Part shown: in pieces, positions 42,167 through 52,711 of the stretch
Layout of the letters: every line of letters begins with the position of its first letter
How positions within the stretch are numbered: the stretch's first letter is position 1
Assembly (NCBI GenBank): GCA_902593475.1
Contig: CACJIM010000005.1
Coordinates: 116 to 64,115, forward strand
Origin: an uncultured Candidatus Actinomarina sp.
GTDB taxonomy: Bacteria; Actinomycetota; Acidimicrobiia; Actinomarinales; Actinomarinaceae
DNA: 64,000 nt
Reading direction: 5' to 3'
Notes under the pieces: generated by a model
Told to the model about the DNA's origin: nothing
What the model saw: the letters and a program-made list of their open reading frames with translations, nothing else
Database searches by the model: none
Program-made: the position numbers and the translations under genes

Positions 42167-44032
42167 TTAATGTTCCCATTTTTCTACTATTGAAGACTTC
42201 TTAAAATTGTCTAATCTTTCCATTACAAAATCATAATCTATGTCAATAAGATCACAATATTCTTTTATCATATTAAATCTTGGTTGGTTTTCATAGTCTA
42301 CTTTTATTAAAGCCTCTTCTCTTTTAATTTGTCCTTCTCGGATTTGATTACTTCTATAAAAATCGTTTTCAGTAAATCCAGCATATATCCAATATATATA
42401 GTTATAAACTGGAGAAGTTCCATCTCCGATACGCCAGGTTGTAGGTGTGCTAGGATCACATTCCCATAAAAACTTTTCCTGTAAGTACTCATTAACTTCA
42501 TCCTCTATGAATGGTTTATATTCGTATAAAGAGAGTATTTTTTCTGTCTTAAAATAAAATGAAAAAAATCCTTTTAGAGAATCCCAGAGAGATGAATTTA
42601 AATATTTTGGATTTAGTAAAATATTTTTTAAATAGTAAAAACCTAGTTGTAAAGTGAAGAAGTACTTTTTTGATTTTCTCTCTATAAAATTTCTAGTTGT
42701 AAAGAGTGGTTTTACTCCAGCAAATCCATATTTAAAATAAGTGGCTTCGAAAGGGCTTTGAAACTGAACAACATATTCCGTTTTTTTATTTTTTGCCGCA
42801 TTAAATAATTGTTTTTGCCATTCTTTATCTCCTGCCATAAGTATTGGGACCATTCCTAAATCTGGCTTATGCAGCCATGCTAAAAAATTTTTTTTGATAT
42901 TTTTTCTTTTCTTTGAAATATCGGCAGAGACCCATACATGTTCAACCCCAAGCTTTCCTGTTACACGTGCTTGATTTCTCCTAGCAAGATCAGTAACCAT
43001 TCCCCAATCATAAGACACCGCAACATAATTTGATTTAACTTTACTTTTTAAATAACTTAAACCATAAGAGCTGTCTCGTCCACCTGAAAATCCAACTACA
43101 ATTGCTTCCTGCTCGTTAAGTATTTTTTTCAAATCTAGAATATCTTTAAATTTATGTTGCAGGTGTTCTTTACAGTAATTACAGATACCATTCTTATCAA
43201 AATAAATAAATGGAACTGTTGCTGGTAATATACAACGAATACATCTCTTTAAAACTGGGCGAATTATTTTTTTATTTTCAAATGTTTTAATAATATCTTC
43301 CAATAAAATTGGATTTTTTTCTTTACCTTTACACTCTTGATTAAACTTTTCAATTATTTCATTTTCAGAATTTATTATAATTCCTGTGTTTGGTTCAAGT
43401 TTTTGTATAACTCCTTTGATTTTATTTTCTAGACTTATTTTTTCTGTAATCCATTCTTCAGATGAAAAAAACTTTATTTTGTTATGGTCAAGAATGTAAT
43501 ATATAGAACCCGTGTTGGTGTACAGAAAATAATTTCTTCCTTTTTGATATGTACCTGCAAGTGATACTTCCCCTGATAAATTTTTAATAGTATTTTTTAT
43601 AGAATCAATTAGATTAAATTCTTTTAAAAAATGATTCATTAATAAAGGAATTACTTCAGAATCAACTTCTCCGGTAGGCACTAAATCAAATTCTTCAAAG
43701 ATTTCCTGAAAATTTACAACAATACCATTGTGTACAACTGATATATCTTCACATGTTACAGGTTGATTGTTTTCTTCTACTTCTTGATTGCCATGTGTTT
43801 TTAGTCTCGTGTGTCCTATAAAACTTACCCTATCACTAAAAAGTTCTTCGTTTAATATATTTTCTCTTACAATTTTGTTGGAGAAAGGGACTGGAAACTT
43901 TTTTATTACTTGCTGAGAACTAGAAACTGCAATAAATCCTGAAGCTTCTTTTCCTCTTGTTTCTGAATATTTTCCAAGATCATAAAATATATTTGCTTCA
44001 TTTATATTAAAATTTCCAAATATTCCACACAT
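42167..44032 (-). CDS. Fusion protein: class II (Ntn) glutamine amidotransferase domain + PP-loop N-acetyl-sugar amidotransferase (WbuX/PseA/WbpG-like)
   Basis: N-terminal 'MCGIFG', 'GHTRLKTHG' and 'VVHNGIVVN...DSEVI'. Central 'VVGFSGGRDSSY' PP-loop, preceded by 'CIRC...CNYC'. Start set to the second Met (44032) so that Cys is residue 2. Confidence 0.75.
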   Translation of the reverse strand: MCGIFGNFNINEANIFYDLGKYSETRGKEASGFIAVSSSQQVIKKFPVPFSNKIVRENILNEELFSDRVSFIGHTRLKTHGNQEVEENNQPVTCEDISVVHNGIVVNFQEIFEEFDLVPTGEVDSEVIPLLMNHFLKEFNLIDSIKNTIKNLSGEVSLAGTYQKGRNYFLYTNTGSIYYILDHNKIKFFSSEEWITEKISLENKIKGVIQKLEPNTGIIINSENEIIEKFNQECKGKEKNPILLEDIIKTFENKKIIRPVLKRCIRCILPATVPFIYFDKNGICNYCKEHLQHKFKDILDLKKILNEQEAIVVGFSGGRDSSYGLSYLKSKVKSNYVAVSYDWGMVTDLARRNQARVTGKLGVEHVWVSADISKKRKNIKKNFLAWLHKPDLGMVPILMAGDKEWQKQLFNAAKNKKTEYVVQFQSPFEATYFKYGFAGVKPLFTTRNFIERKSKKYFFTLQLGFYYLKNILLNPKYLNSSLWDSLKGFFSFYFKTEKILSLYEYKPFIEDEVNEYLQEKFLWECDPSTPTTWRIGDGTSPVYNYIYWIYAGFTENDFYRSNQIREGQIKREEALIKVDYENQPRFNMIKEYCDLIDIDYDFVMERLDNFKKSSIVEKWEH

Positions 44033-44078
44033 ACACAATTAAGCTTAATATCAGAAGTAGTATAAAAAATTGATACTT

Positions 44079-45665
44079 ATGAAATATAAAAATAACATTC
44101 TAAAAATTATTTTACTTTTATTTATTTTTTCCTTATTTTTTCGTATAGATTTCAGATTTAAAAGCACAGTCGAATGTTGTTCAGATGATTTTGACTACTT
44201 TTCTCATGCAGAAACAATAGCAATTGACCAAGATTTTGATTACACAAATCAAATACCAAATTATCAAACATTTCTTTATAAGAATTCTGAAAATGGAAAA
44301 ATTGCTCCTGTTGGGTTTCCTGGTGCTGGAATGTTGGCAGCACCCTTTTTCTACTTAGGAAGTTTACTTGACAAGAACTTTAATCCAGCTGGTGGTAATG
44401 AAATTTTGAATTATACACTTTTGTTTTATTCGCTCTCACCTATTTTTTATTTCTTTGCAAGCATCTTAATTATCTTCAAATCTTGTAGGCTTTTAGATTT
44501 AAATGTTGAAAAATATAAGATTTTATTATTGATTAGTGGGTCTGGTATAACTTACTTTGCATTTGAAAGGTTTAGCATGACTCATATTTATGAGATGTTC
44601 ATAATTTCATTCCTTATGTGGAATTGTATAAATTTTTATAAAAATGAAAGTAATTTTTCAGGATCATTAGTTCCAATATCTTTAATGATTTCTTTTCTAG
44701 TAAGAATGTCTAACTATTACGTTTTTTTAATTCCATATATACTCAAAAAAATTATTCCAAAAAATACAAAAAATATTTCTAGAAATTTATATTTCCAGAT
44801 ATCATCTGTATTATCGATTTATCTTTATTCAACTATTTCAAACGGAATTTATGGGAAATTAATTTTTAATCCCCAGGAAGTTTACGGAACTAATGTTACT
44901 GTTGGAAGTGTTTTGAATGAAAATAGCAATTTAATAGATTTCTTAATTGCAAAGTTGAGTGATTTATTCATCATACTTTTTGGGAACGAATTTGGAATAT
45001 TTTGGGTATCTCCAATTGTATTTTTTGGATTTTTTATTGTATGTTTAAATATTAAAAATATTAAAAATGTCGCTAACTTACTTCTTTTTATTTGCTTTTT
45101 ACAAAACTTAGCAATCGTACTTATATGGAGATCAACTGCTGCTTCATATGGTTTTAGATACCTGTACTCTTTAGTGCCTCTTTGTATCGTAGTTTTGTTT
45201 CTTCATCAAAAAGAAAATCAAGATAGTAAAGTTTTAAATTTAGCTGTCTTCATGTCAATTTTTTCAAATTTGTCTGTTTTGTTTTTTGAAACAACTGAAC
45301 AAACTCAACTTTCTATGATCGAAATTGAAAATTCATTTGGATTAATGAGGAACTATTCGGAACCAAATTATGTAACTGGTGTAGTTAAATCATTTACAGA
45401 GTTAGAGAGTTATTTAATTATTTTTACAACGAGTCTTGTTGGTATTGTTTTTTTTAAAATATGGCTTTTAATTTTTGATAAAGCATCAATTATTAATTTT
45501 TTAAGTTCACTAGGTCTTCCAACAGATAATCAAGATTTTATTAAATATTTGGAAAATTTAGAGATAATATCTGTTTACAAAATTTTGTTTATATTCTTAA
45601 TTCTCTTATTTTTTTGTATTTATTTTGTTAATAATTTAAGTAACTATAAAAAATATTTGTATTGA
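44079..45665 (+). CDS. Large polytopic membrane protein, GT-C (ArnT/PMT)-like glycosyltransferase candidate
   Basis: About 528 aa with more than 10 TM and an acidic first loop 'DDFDYFSHAE'. Sits in glycan-cluster context. The family call is tentative. Confidence 0.4.
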   Translation: MKYKNNILKIILLLFIFSLFFRIDFRFKSTVECCSDDFDYFSHAETIAIDQDFDYTNQIPNYQTFLYKNSENGKIAPVGFPGAGMLAAPFFYLGSLLDKNFNPAGGNEILNYTLLFYSLSPIFYFFASILIIFKSCRLLDLNVEKYKILLLISGSGITYFAFERFSMTHIYEMFIISFLMWNCINFYKNESNFSGSLVPISLMISFLVRMSNYYVFLIPYILKKIIPKNTKNISRNLYFQISSVLSIYLYSTISNGIYGKLIFNPQEVYGTNVTVGSVLNENSNLIDFLIAKLSDLFIILFGNEFGIFWVSPIVFFGFFIVCLNIKNIKNVANLLLFICFLQNLAIVLIWRSTAASYGFRYLYSLVPLCIVVLFLHQKENQDSKVLNLAVFMSIFSNLSVLFFETTEQTQLSMIEIENSFGLMRNYSEPNYVTGVVKSFTELESYLIIFTTSLVGIVFFKIWLLIFDKASIINFLSSLGLPTDNQDFIKYLENLEIISVYKILFIFLILLFFCIYFVNNLSNYKKYLY

Positions 45666-45679
45666 CTTACAAACTGTAA

Positions 45680-46624
45680 TTATTCATCGCTAATGTTATA
45701 AATTACATCGTGTGCATACTTTACAATTTCTAAATGATTTTCGTCGAGTTTATTGTGATGAATATTGTTAATAAATGCATTTAATTGAATTTGTGCAGTT
45801 TCAATATGATTTACAAAAGATAGCCTAGAATGATTTACTTTGGAATTTAACAGGTTAGTGGATGTAAAATTTACCGTTCCAGATTCATAAATATCAATTG
45901 ATTTTTGCATTAGATCAATTTGATACAACTTATTTTTTGTTAATATATCCCATTTTCTTATTTTTATTTGAGATTCACGAGAAGTAGAAATAAATATATT
46001 TTTTCCCTCAAAAGTATATAAAAGATCTGCTGATTCGATTGAATTTTGAACAAGATTTAAATTTTGACCAATAGGTTGCAAATCTGGATTTCCAAACAAA
46101 TAACCTAAGACAGAAATGTCATGAAGAGTCAGATCAAAAAGTACATTTTCTAACTTTCTTTGTCCAGCTACTGGCTGTGAGTGTCTGTAAATATGTACTG
46201 AAATTATATCATTTAAATTTAATCCTTTGATGTATTGAAATATAGGATTATAAGTTTCAATTAACCCACATCGAAAAATAGTCTTTTGACTTGAGGCAAG
46301 AATTAGAAGTTTCTCTATTTCACTTTTATCTATTGATATTGGTTTTTCTAAAAAAACAGGAATATTTCTTTCTAAGAATTGTTTGGCAATCTCGTAATGA
46401 GTACTTGTTGTTGAAGAAATTACCACTCCATCAATGAGTCCATCATCTAAGTTAACTAAGTGAAAATCATTAAAATATTCAATACCATCTACTATTTCAT
46501 GTTTCTTCTTAAAAGATATATCCACAATCCCATACAAATTAGTACTATCATCATTTTCAATAACACGTTTATGGACTTTACCCATATTTCCTAGGCCAAT
46601 GAGGAGTATGTTTAATGGATTCAT
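45680..46624 (-). CDS. Gfo/Idh/MocA-family NAD-dependent sugar oxidoreductase
   Basis: 'ILLIGLGNMGKVHKRV' Rossmann segment and the 'FLEKP' motif. ATGA overlap with the aminotransferase gene. Confidence 0.75.
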   Translation of the reverse strand: MNPLNILLIGLGNMGKVHKRVIENDDSTNLYGIVDISFKKKHEIVDGIEYFNDFHLVNLDDGLIDGVVISSTTSTHYEIAKQFLERNIPVFLEKPISIDKSEIEKLLILASSQKTIFRCGLIETYNPIFQYIKGLNLNDIISVHIYRHSQPVAGQRKLENVLFDLTLHDISVLGYLFGNPDLQPIGQNLNLVQNSIESADLLYTFEGKNIFISTSRESQIKIRKWDILTKNKLYQIDLMQKSIDIYESGTVNFTSTNLLNSKVNHSRLSFVNHIETAQIQLNAFINNIHHNKLDENHLEIVKYAHDVIYNISDE

Positions 46625-47721
46625 TTAAATTTTTTAATTTTTGTTACTAAATAGTCTAACTCCTCATCTTCTGGAAATGAGTAGAAAGGCAGAGAAATAA
46701 TAGATTTACTTATTTCTTCAGTTTTTTTCAGACTTACTCTTTCATATTTGTCTAAAACAGCTTTTTGAAGGTGAATAGGTTTTTTGTAATAAATGGATGC
46801 CCCAATTTGATGTTGATTTAAATAAGATAATAACTTATTTCTTATAAGTGGAGATACCGTAATGGTAAAATAGTTAAGTATTATATTTTCATTTTCTTTT
46901 GTTGGTAGGTTTATCCATTCAAGATGGGATAGGTTATTAATATAAAAATTATAAAAATCATTCCTACTTTTCTTAATTTCTTGGAAAATAGATAATTTTT
47001 CATTTAAGACAAAAGCATTTAATGAATCCAGTCTTGAATTAATACCTACAAACTCATGCTCGTAGTTCTTACCTTGACCATGGTTTCTTAGTTTTAATAT
47101 TTTTTTATACTGAGAAAGATTATTAGTAACAATACATCCACCATCTCCAATGCCCCCTAATGTTTTGCTCGGAAAAAATGAAAAGGCACCCATATCTCCA
47201 ATCGAGCCAAGTTTTCTATTATTTTTTGTTCCACTTCCAAAAGCCTGCGCCACATCTTCGATAATTTTTAAATTATATTTGTTGCAAATATTTTTAATTA
47301 TTTCGATATTGGAGTTGTTCCCAAAAAGATGAACTGGTATTACCGCTTTTATGGTTTTATTTACTTTTTTTTTGAAGTCATCTATATCAAAGGTGTAAGT
47401 TTCTTTATTTATCTCTACAAAAACAGGAACTGCCCCTAAGTGCATGACTACTTCTATTGTTGCAAAGAAAGTAAACGACGGGACCATTACTTTATCCCCT
47501 TTTTTGATTCCCAAAGCCATAAGACTTAACAACAGCGCATCTGTACCAGAGTTGACAGTAACACAATACTTTGAACCTATATAGTTTGCAACATTCTCTT
47601 CAAAAGTAAGTACATCTTTTCCACCAACATATAGTCCATTTTTCAGTTTTTTATTAAACTTTGATTCAAAATTTTTTATTTTATTTAATTCTCTTGCTGG
47701 ATTAGCTAAAGGGATTTTCAT
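46621..47721 (-). CDS. DegT/DnrJ/EryC1/StrS-family PLP sugar aminotransferase
   Basis: 'VNSGTDALLLSL', 'IIEDVAQAFGS' and 'FSFFPSKTLGGIGDGG' (PLP Lys). Confidence 0.88.
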   Translation of the reverse strand: MKIPLANPARELNKIKNFESKFNKKLKNGLYVGGKDVLTFEENVANYIGSKYCVTVNSGTDALLLSLMALGIKKGDKVMVPSFTFFATIEVVMHLGAVPVFVEINKETYTFDIDDFKKKVNKTIKAVIPVHLFGNNSNIEIIKNICNKYNLKIIEDVAQAFGSGTKNNRKLGSIGDMGAFSFFPSKTLGGIGDGGCIVTNNLSQYKKILKLRNHGQGKNYEHEFVGINSRLDSLNAFVLNEKLSIFQEIKKSRNDFYNFYINNLSHLEWINLPTKENENIILNYFTITVSPLIRNKLLSYLNQHQIGASIYYKKPIHLQKAVLDKYERVSLKKTEEISKSIISLPFYSFPEDEELDYLVTKIKKFK

Positions 47722-47866
47722 AATTTAATTTTAGTAAATTAATTTAACTATAAATTAAACAAATTATTATAAAAACAAATAAAATCTCTAAAATAGAATT
47801 ATGAAACCCGTTTAGGAAACCCTGTCGTAAAAGTTAAAAAAATAAATCTTAAATGAACTTAAAAAA

Positions 47867-48940
47867 ATGAAAAAAAATGAAATACTTTATGTGCTTGGAA
47901 CAAAAGCACAATTTATTAAATCGAAGTTTATATTAGAACATTTAATCAACAATAATTTTAAAGTATTTATTCTTGATACTGGACAACATAAAGAAATTAC
48001 AAGTTCTGAGTTAAACTATTTTCGCAATAATTTTGAATATATAAGCATTTCTAATAATAAAAAAAATATTTCTTCAATTTTCTCAATGATTATTTGGTTT
48101 ACAAAAGTAATTTTTTCAAATAATAAAATTGATAATTTAAAAGACACAAAATATTGCCTCATTCATGGTGACACAATTAGTACTCTGATAGGTTTGATTA
48201 TTGGTAAAAAAAATAATTTAGAAGTAGTACATATTGAATCAGGCCTTAGGTCTTATAACTGGTTAAAACCTTTTCCTGAAGAGATAATTCGAACTCTTGT
48301 AACGCGATATTCCGATATCCTGTCTGTTGACAGCAAAGAAGCTGAAAATAATGTACGTAAATATGAATCCAAAAAGAAGATAATTCGGCTTTCCAGAAAT
48401 ACAATCTATGACTCAGTAGTTATGACTTTAAATGATAAAAAACGTATAGACAACAATACCCTAACTGTAACAATCCATAGAACCGAAAATATTTATAACA
48501 AGAAAAGACTGAAGAGTCTTGTAAATTTGCTTATTAAATTAAAAAATGAAAATTTATATAGTGAAATTGAGTGGTACTGTCATGATATAACTATTAATGC
48601 ATTAAATAAAAATAACTTAATTACATTACTTAAAAATAATGATGTGCGATTAAAAAAACTTATCCTACACGATAACTTTATTAATAAAATTTATTCTTCC
48701 AAGGCTGTAATTACTGATGGCGGCTCAATAGCTGAGGAGTGTTCAATAATGAATTTAAGAACCGTGATTTGGAGAGATGTTGTAGAAAACAGAGAATATT
48801 TAAATAAAAATATGCTCCTATCAAAATATAACCACGATGAAATAGTGTATTTTCTCAATGAAACTTCTGATAGTAATAAAATTTCTCTTGATGAAATTAG
48901 CCCATCTGAGCAATTTGTAGAACAATTAATGTCAATATAA
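47867..48940 (+). CDS. UDP-N-acetylglucosamine 2-epimerase family (WecB/NeuC-like)
   Basis: 'VLGTKAQFIK', 'IHGDTISTL', 'VHIESGLRSYN' and 'PFPEEIIR'. Confidence 0.8.
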   Translation: MKKNEILYVLGTKAQFIKSKFILEHLINNNFKVFILDTGQHKEITSSELNYFRNNFEYISISNNKKNISSIFSMIIWFTKVIFSNNKIDNLKDTKYCLIHGDTISTLIGLIIGKKNNLEVVHIESGLRSYNWLKPFPEEIIRTLVTRYSDILSVDSKEAENNVRKYESKKKIIRLSRNTIYDSVVMTLNDKKRIDNNTLTVTIHRTENIYNKKRLKSLVNLLIKLKNENLYSEIEWYCHDITINALNKNNLITLLKNNDVRLKKLILHDNFINKIYSSKAVITDGGSIAEECSIMNLRTVIWRDVVENREYLNKNMLLSKYNHDEIVYFLNETSDSNKISLDEISPSEQFVEQLMSI

Positions 48941-49116
48941 AAACTTTTTAATGAATTAACAAATTAATTTTTATATGAACAAACTCAAGGAATACTGGTC
49001 AAAATTTAACTACATACTTGTTTAATCTCTATAAATATTTTTTTTGGCCCAGTAAAAAATTGGCGTCGTAAATCATTTCTTTTTTATTAAATTACCCTGC
49101 GGACAGTCTTTTAAAG

Positions 49117-51060
49117 CTATTCGTTGTTAATACTTTTAATTATTTCAATAATTCTATCACCCACTAATTCAGCACCTTCGATAGTTAAATGATTATTGTC
49201 TTCATATAAAATTTGATTTCCTATTGCACCCACACAATAGCCTGCCAAAACTTCATTACAGAGAATGTCCGAAGTAAATACCCTATAAATGTTTGCATTC
49301 TCAATGTCATCATATATTTTGTGTGATCTTATGGTATTGGATGACTCTAAAAATATTTTACTTTCCATAACAACAGGGTCTCCAAACTCTATATTTCTCA
49401 AAAAATATTGATTCAAAACATCAAATGGTATGCCATTTATATAAAGATGGGGTATCTGGTACACAACTATGACTTTGTTATTATTTCTTAGAAAAAAATT
49501 AATTGTCTCTGGAATTGTTTTTTCAAGTTCAAGTCCTTCATAATATATGTTGTCGAGTTTATCCCAGGCATTTGCAATGTATACAATTATTGAGTCTTGA
49601 ATATTAGGTGCTAATGTATTAATTGCTTCTTTGTCTTTCCTTGCGCAATCAGGAACGTCCGTGTTGACTAAAAATATACAAGAATCGCCAGTAATTAAAT
49701 GGAGAGGGTTAGTTGACACATTGGAAACAATATAGCTAGAAATTAGCTTCGCATGAGAATCACCGAAAATATATACTGGATTTTTACTATTGTCATTATT
49801 AAAAATACAAATATCTTTTGAGTTATTAGATTTAGAATGATGACAGTTTTCACCGTTCTGATAAGCACTAAAGTTATCAGCATCATAAAAAAGTATTACT
49901 TTTTCTGGCATATCATATTTTTGGGTAAAAAACCCATTATTTTTAATAGTTAAAGCATTAAAACCTATAATCAAAAAAAGAATGGGTAATAAATTTAGAA
50001 CTTTTATATTTTTTTCTAATTTTATAAAATACTTTTCTATGTATATGTAATTAAAGTAAGAAATTCCATATATAAATATAAGTAAAATTAGTGAGTCGAT
50101 GAATATTGATATTAAAAATTCTATTTGATATTTGTATAAAAACCATTTGAAAAAAGAATAAACAGGTTGATGAAAAAGGTAGATTGAATAAGAAGCCTTA
50201 CCTATGTTTTTAATTGTTTTATTATTATTTATTTTTATAAAAATAGATGACGAATCGTTAGAAATAAGTACAAAAAACACACCTGCTGTCAATATTATTT
50301 TTGGCTCAATATCAAGTATCCAATTATCATCAAAAAAACAGATTGGGAAAATAATTAAGAAATATGAGAAATAAGTAAAAAATTTATTTGAATTTATTCG
50401 TGGTATAAAACCTGCAACTGATCCTACGAGAAGTTCCCAGCCTCTATATTGAGTAAGGTAAAATTTATCATTTAGCTCTGTTTGGTTCATAAAAAAAGAA
50501 ATTATTAATAATAAAATTAATGATTTCAATAATATCTTTTTATTTATCCTAAATATTAGAAATAAAAATAATGGAAATAATATATAAAACTGTTCTTCAA
50601 CCGCTAAGCTCCATGTATGCAAAAGTGGCATTAACTCTGCTCCAGAAGAATTGTAAAAGTCTAAATTATTGAAATAGAGATTTGAATAAAAGAAAAGAGA
50701 TGCAAATACTGATTTAGCATAACTTATGTATTCATTTGCTGGTAATAAGTAATAAGCAAAAGGTGTTGTAAATATCAATACACTCAAAAGTGCTGGTATG
50801 ATCCTTTTAATCCGTCGAATATAAAAATTTTTAAATTTAAATTGATCATTGTTTAAATCAGAAATTATTATGTTTGATATTAAATAACCAGAAATTACAA
50901 AAAATAAATCTACGCCTAAAAATCCGGCATCAAATAACTTTATTTCCGAGTGGTATATAACAACTGATGAAACTGCTATCGCTCTTAGAAGATTTATATC
51001 ACTCCTGTAAGAAATTCTTGAAATATCTTTTAAGGGAGAAAATATATTGAAATTTTTCAT
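49117..51060 (-). CDS. Acyltransferase-3 (OafA/YrhL) membrane O-acyltransferase with C-terminal SGNH-like domain
   Basis: 'DINLLRAIAVSSVVIYH', about 10 TM, then a soluble C-terminal ~250 aa ('IFGDSHA'). Confidence 0.8.
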   Translation of the reverse strand: MKNFNIFSPLKDISRISYRSDINLLRAIAVSSVVIYHSEIKLFDAGFLGVDLFFVISGYLISNIIISDLNNDQFKFKNFYIRRIKRIIPALLSVLIFTTPFAYYLLPANEYISYAKSVFASLFFYSNLYFNNLDFYNSSGAELMPLLHTWSLAVEEQFYILFPLFLFLIFRINKKILLKSLILLLIISFFMNQTELNDKFYLTQYRGWELLVGSVAGFIPRINSNKFFTYFSYFLIIFPICFFDDNWILDIEPKIILTAGVFFVLISNDSSSIFIKINNNKTIKNIGKASYSIYLFHQPVYSFFKWFLYKYQIEFLISIFIDSLILLIFIYGISYFNYIYIEKYFIKLEKNIKVLNLLPILFLIIGFNALTIKNNGFFTQKYDMPEKVILFYDADNFSAYQNGENCHHSKSNNSKDICIFNNDNSKNPVYIFGDSHAKLISSYIVSNVSTNPLHLITGDSCIFLVNTDVPDCARKDKEAINTLAPNIQDSIIVYIANAWDKLDNIYYEGLELEKTIPETINFFLRNNNKVIVVYQIPHLYINGIPFDVLNQYFLRNIEFGDPVVMESKIFLESSNTIRSHKIYDDIENANIYRVFTSDILCNEVLAGYCVGAIGNQILYEDNNHLTIEGAELVGDRIIEIIKSINNE

Positions 51061-51129
51061 TTTTTATAATGTTAGTTAAGTTTCTTGATTATTTTCAAAA
51101 TGAGATTTTTAATGTTTAATATAATATGT

Positions 51130-52047
51130 ATGAATATATTGATTTTTGGATTTGGTAATAGAGCAAGGTCATATATATTAAAGTCGATTTTAATAGCTAT
51201 AGAAAATCCTAAAATAACTGTAATCACTAAAAAATCAAATCCCAACAAAGAGCAGTTTCCAAACATAGAATTTTTTAATTTTCATGATTTTTATAAAATA
51301 AAAAATCAAAATTTTGACTTAACCATTCTCTCAGTTCCTAGTTCAAATCAGCTAGAGATTTTGAATGAATTAAATAAAAATTATCATAAAAATATATTAT
51401 TAGAAACGCCTGTGAGTAAAAACATATTAAAAGTTTCAGAAAATTTAAATATTAAAGTATTGGAAGACATTCAGTTTGCTACTGAAATAATAAACATATT
51501 TAAAAATTTATTACACAACAGTGATAAAAAAGAAATTTACTTTATAGAGTCAGCACATGAGTACCACGGAATTGCATTAGCCGAGTCGTTAGTTGGAAAT
51601 AACTTTATTAAAAAGAAAAGAAATATAAATAAAAATTCTGAAATAGAACTATACCTTGAGTCAACAAACTCAGAAAAAATCTATACTACAAGTCCTAGTC
51701 GTTTTGACCTTGGATATATTTTTTTCCAAACAGACACTGGCAATTATCTATGTGGAAATGAATCCTCTTTTTTAGCTGATAAAAAATTTAAAAATATAAC
51801 TCAATACAAAAAACTAGAAGATATATTTCAATTAAAAACTTTCGATAAGACTGTTTCAGATAATTGGGTAAGAGACCTTTCAGAGTTTAGATTTCTTGGA
51901 TTAATTAATTTTTTTGAAAATATAAATGAAATAAATCATGCACAAAGCATTAGTGACTCATTGAGGCAACAGCGAGTAGCGAAAACCAATAAATTATTAG
52001 TAGAAGTTAAGAAAAGAATTTATAATAAGATTTATGAATCACAATAA
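51130..52047 (+). CDS. Hypothetical protein with N-terminal Rossmann-like segment (possible oxidoreductase)
   Basis: 'MNILIFGFGNRARSY' and 'LLETPVS' (cf. the Gfo/Idh/MocA E-K-P motif). Start chosen at Met 51130. Weak call. Confidence 0.35.
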   Translation: MNILIFGFGNRARSYILKSILIAIENPKITVITKKSNPNKEQFPNIEFFNFHDFYKIKNQNFDLTILSVPSSNQLEILNELNKNYHKNILLETPVSKNILKVSENLNIKVLEDIQFATEIINIFKNLLHNSDKKEIYFIESAHEYHGIALAESLVGNNFIKKKRNINKNSEIELYLESTNSEKIYTTSPSRFDLGYIFFQTDTGNYLCGNESSFLADKKFKNITQYKKLEDIFQLKTFDKTVSDNWVRDLSEFRFLGLINFFENINEINHAQSISDSLRQQRVAKTNKLLVEVKKRIYNKIYESQ

Positions 52048-52711
52048 TCAAGATTTATTTAATAAACTTCACTTTGATGGTTTCGTTTTATTCCCAATTG
52101 ATAATAAAAATGAACTAGTAAATTATTGTATAAATGAAATTAAAAATGTATCAGAAGAAAAAATTAAAGAAGGTTTTTACCTAGATAGAGATGCCGCAGT
52201 TGGTAAAGAAGGGTTGGCAGCTGATTTGAAACCGTCGGTTTTTGAGTATGATCAAAACTTGGAAAAATTCTATACAGAAATAGGTGTAGTTGATTTCCTA
52301 GAAGAATTCCAAAATTTCAAATCAAGTATTGCAACGCTACAACTTAGAGGTGCCTACGACGGGTCATCATATTTAAGCTGGCATAGAGATACTCATTATT
52401 ACAGTAATGCTAAAGAACCCTCTGGTAATGTTCCTCCAATTTTTAAATCTATTTTTTATCCGAATTTACATGGAAACAGTTCAAGGCCGACCTTACACGT
52501 AAGCAATGGGTCGCATTTAAGATATTTTAAAAATAAGAATGTAGATTTAATAGTTCCGAGAACACCATTTTTTAAGAAAACTAAAGTATTTGAATCTAAT
52601 GATTATGTATTAGTTTTCAATACTTCGATATTGCATGCTGTATTGCCGGTATCGGGTCCCCCAATATTTAGAATGATTGCTGCGTTCAAGAGTCCACAAT
52701 CTAAAAATTAG
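52034..52711 (+). CDS. PhyH-like Fe(II)/2-oxoglutarate dioxygenase (probable)
   Basis: 'WHRDTHYY' (HxD), 'NGSHL' and distal 'ILHAVLP'. Size of about 225 aa. Confidence 0.5.
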   Translation: MNHNNQDLFNKLHFDGFVLFPIDNKNELVNYCINEIKNVSEEKIKEGFYLDRDAAVGKEGLAADLKPSVFEYDQNLEKFYTEIGVVDFLEEFQNFKSSIATLQLRGAYDGSSYLSWHRDTHYYSNAKEPSGNVPPIFKSIFYPNLHGNSSRPTLHVSNGSHLRYFKNKNVDLIVPRTPFFKKTKVFESNDYVLVFNTSILHAVLPVSGPPIFRMIAAFKSPQSKN

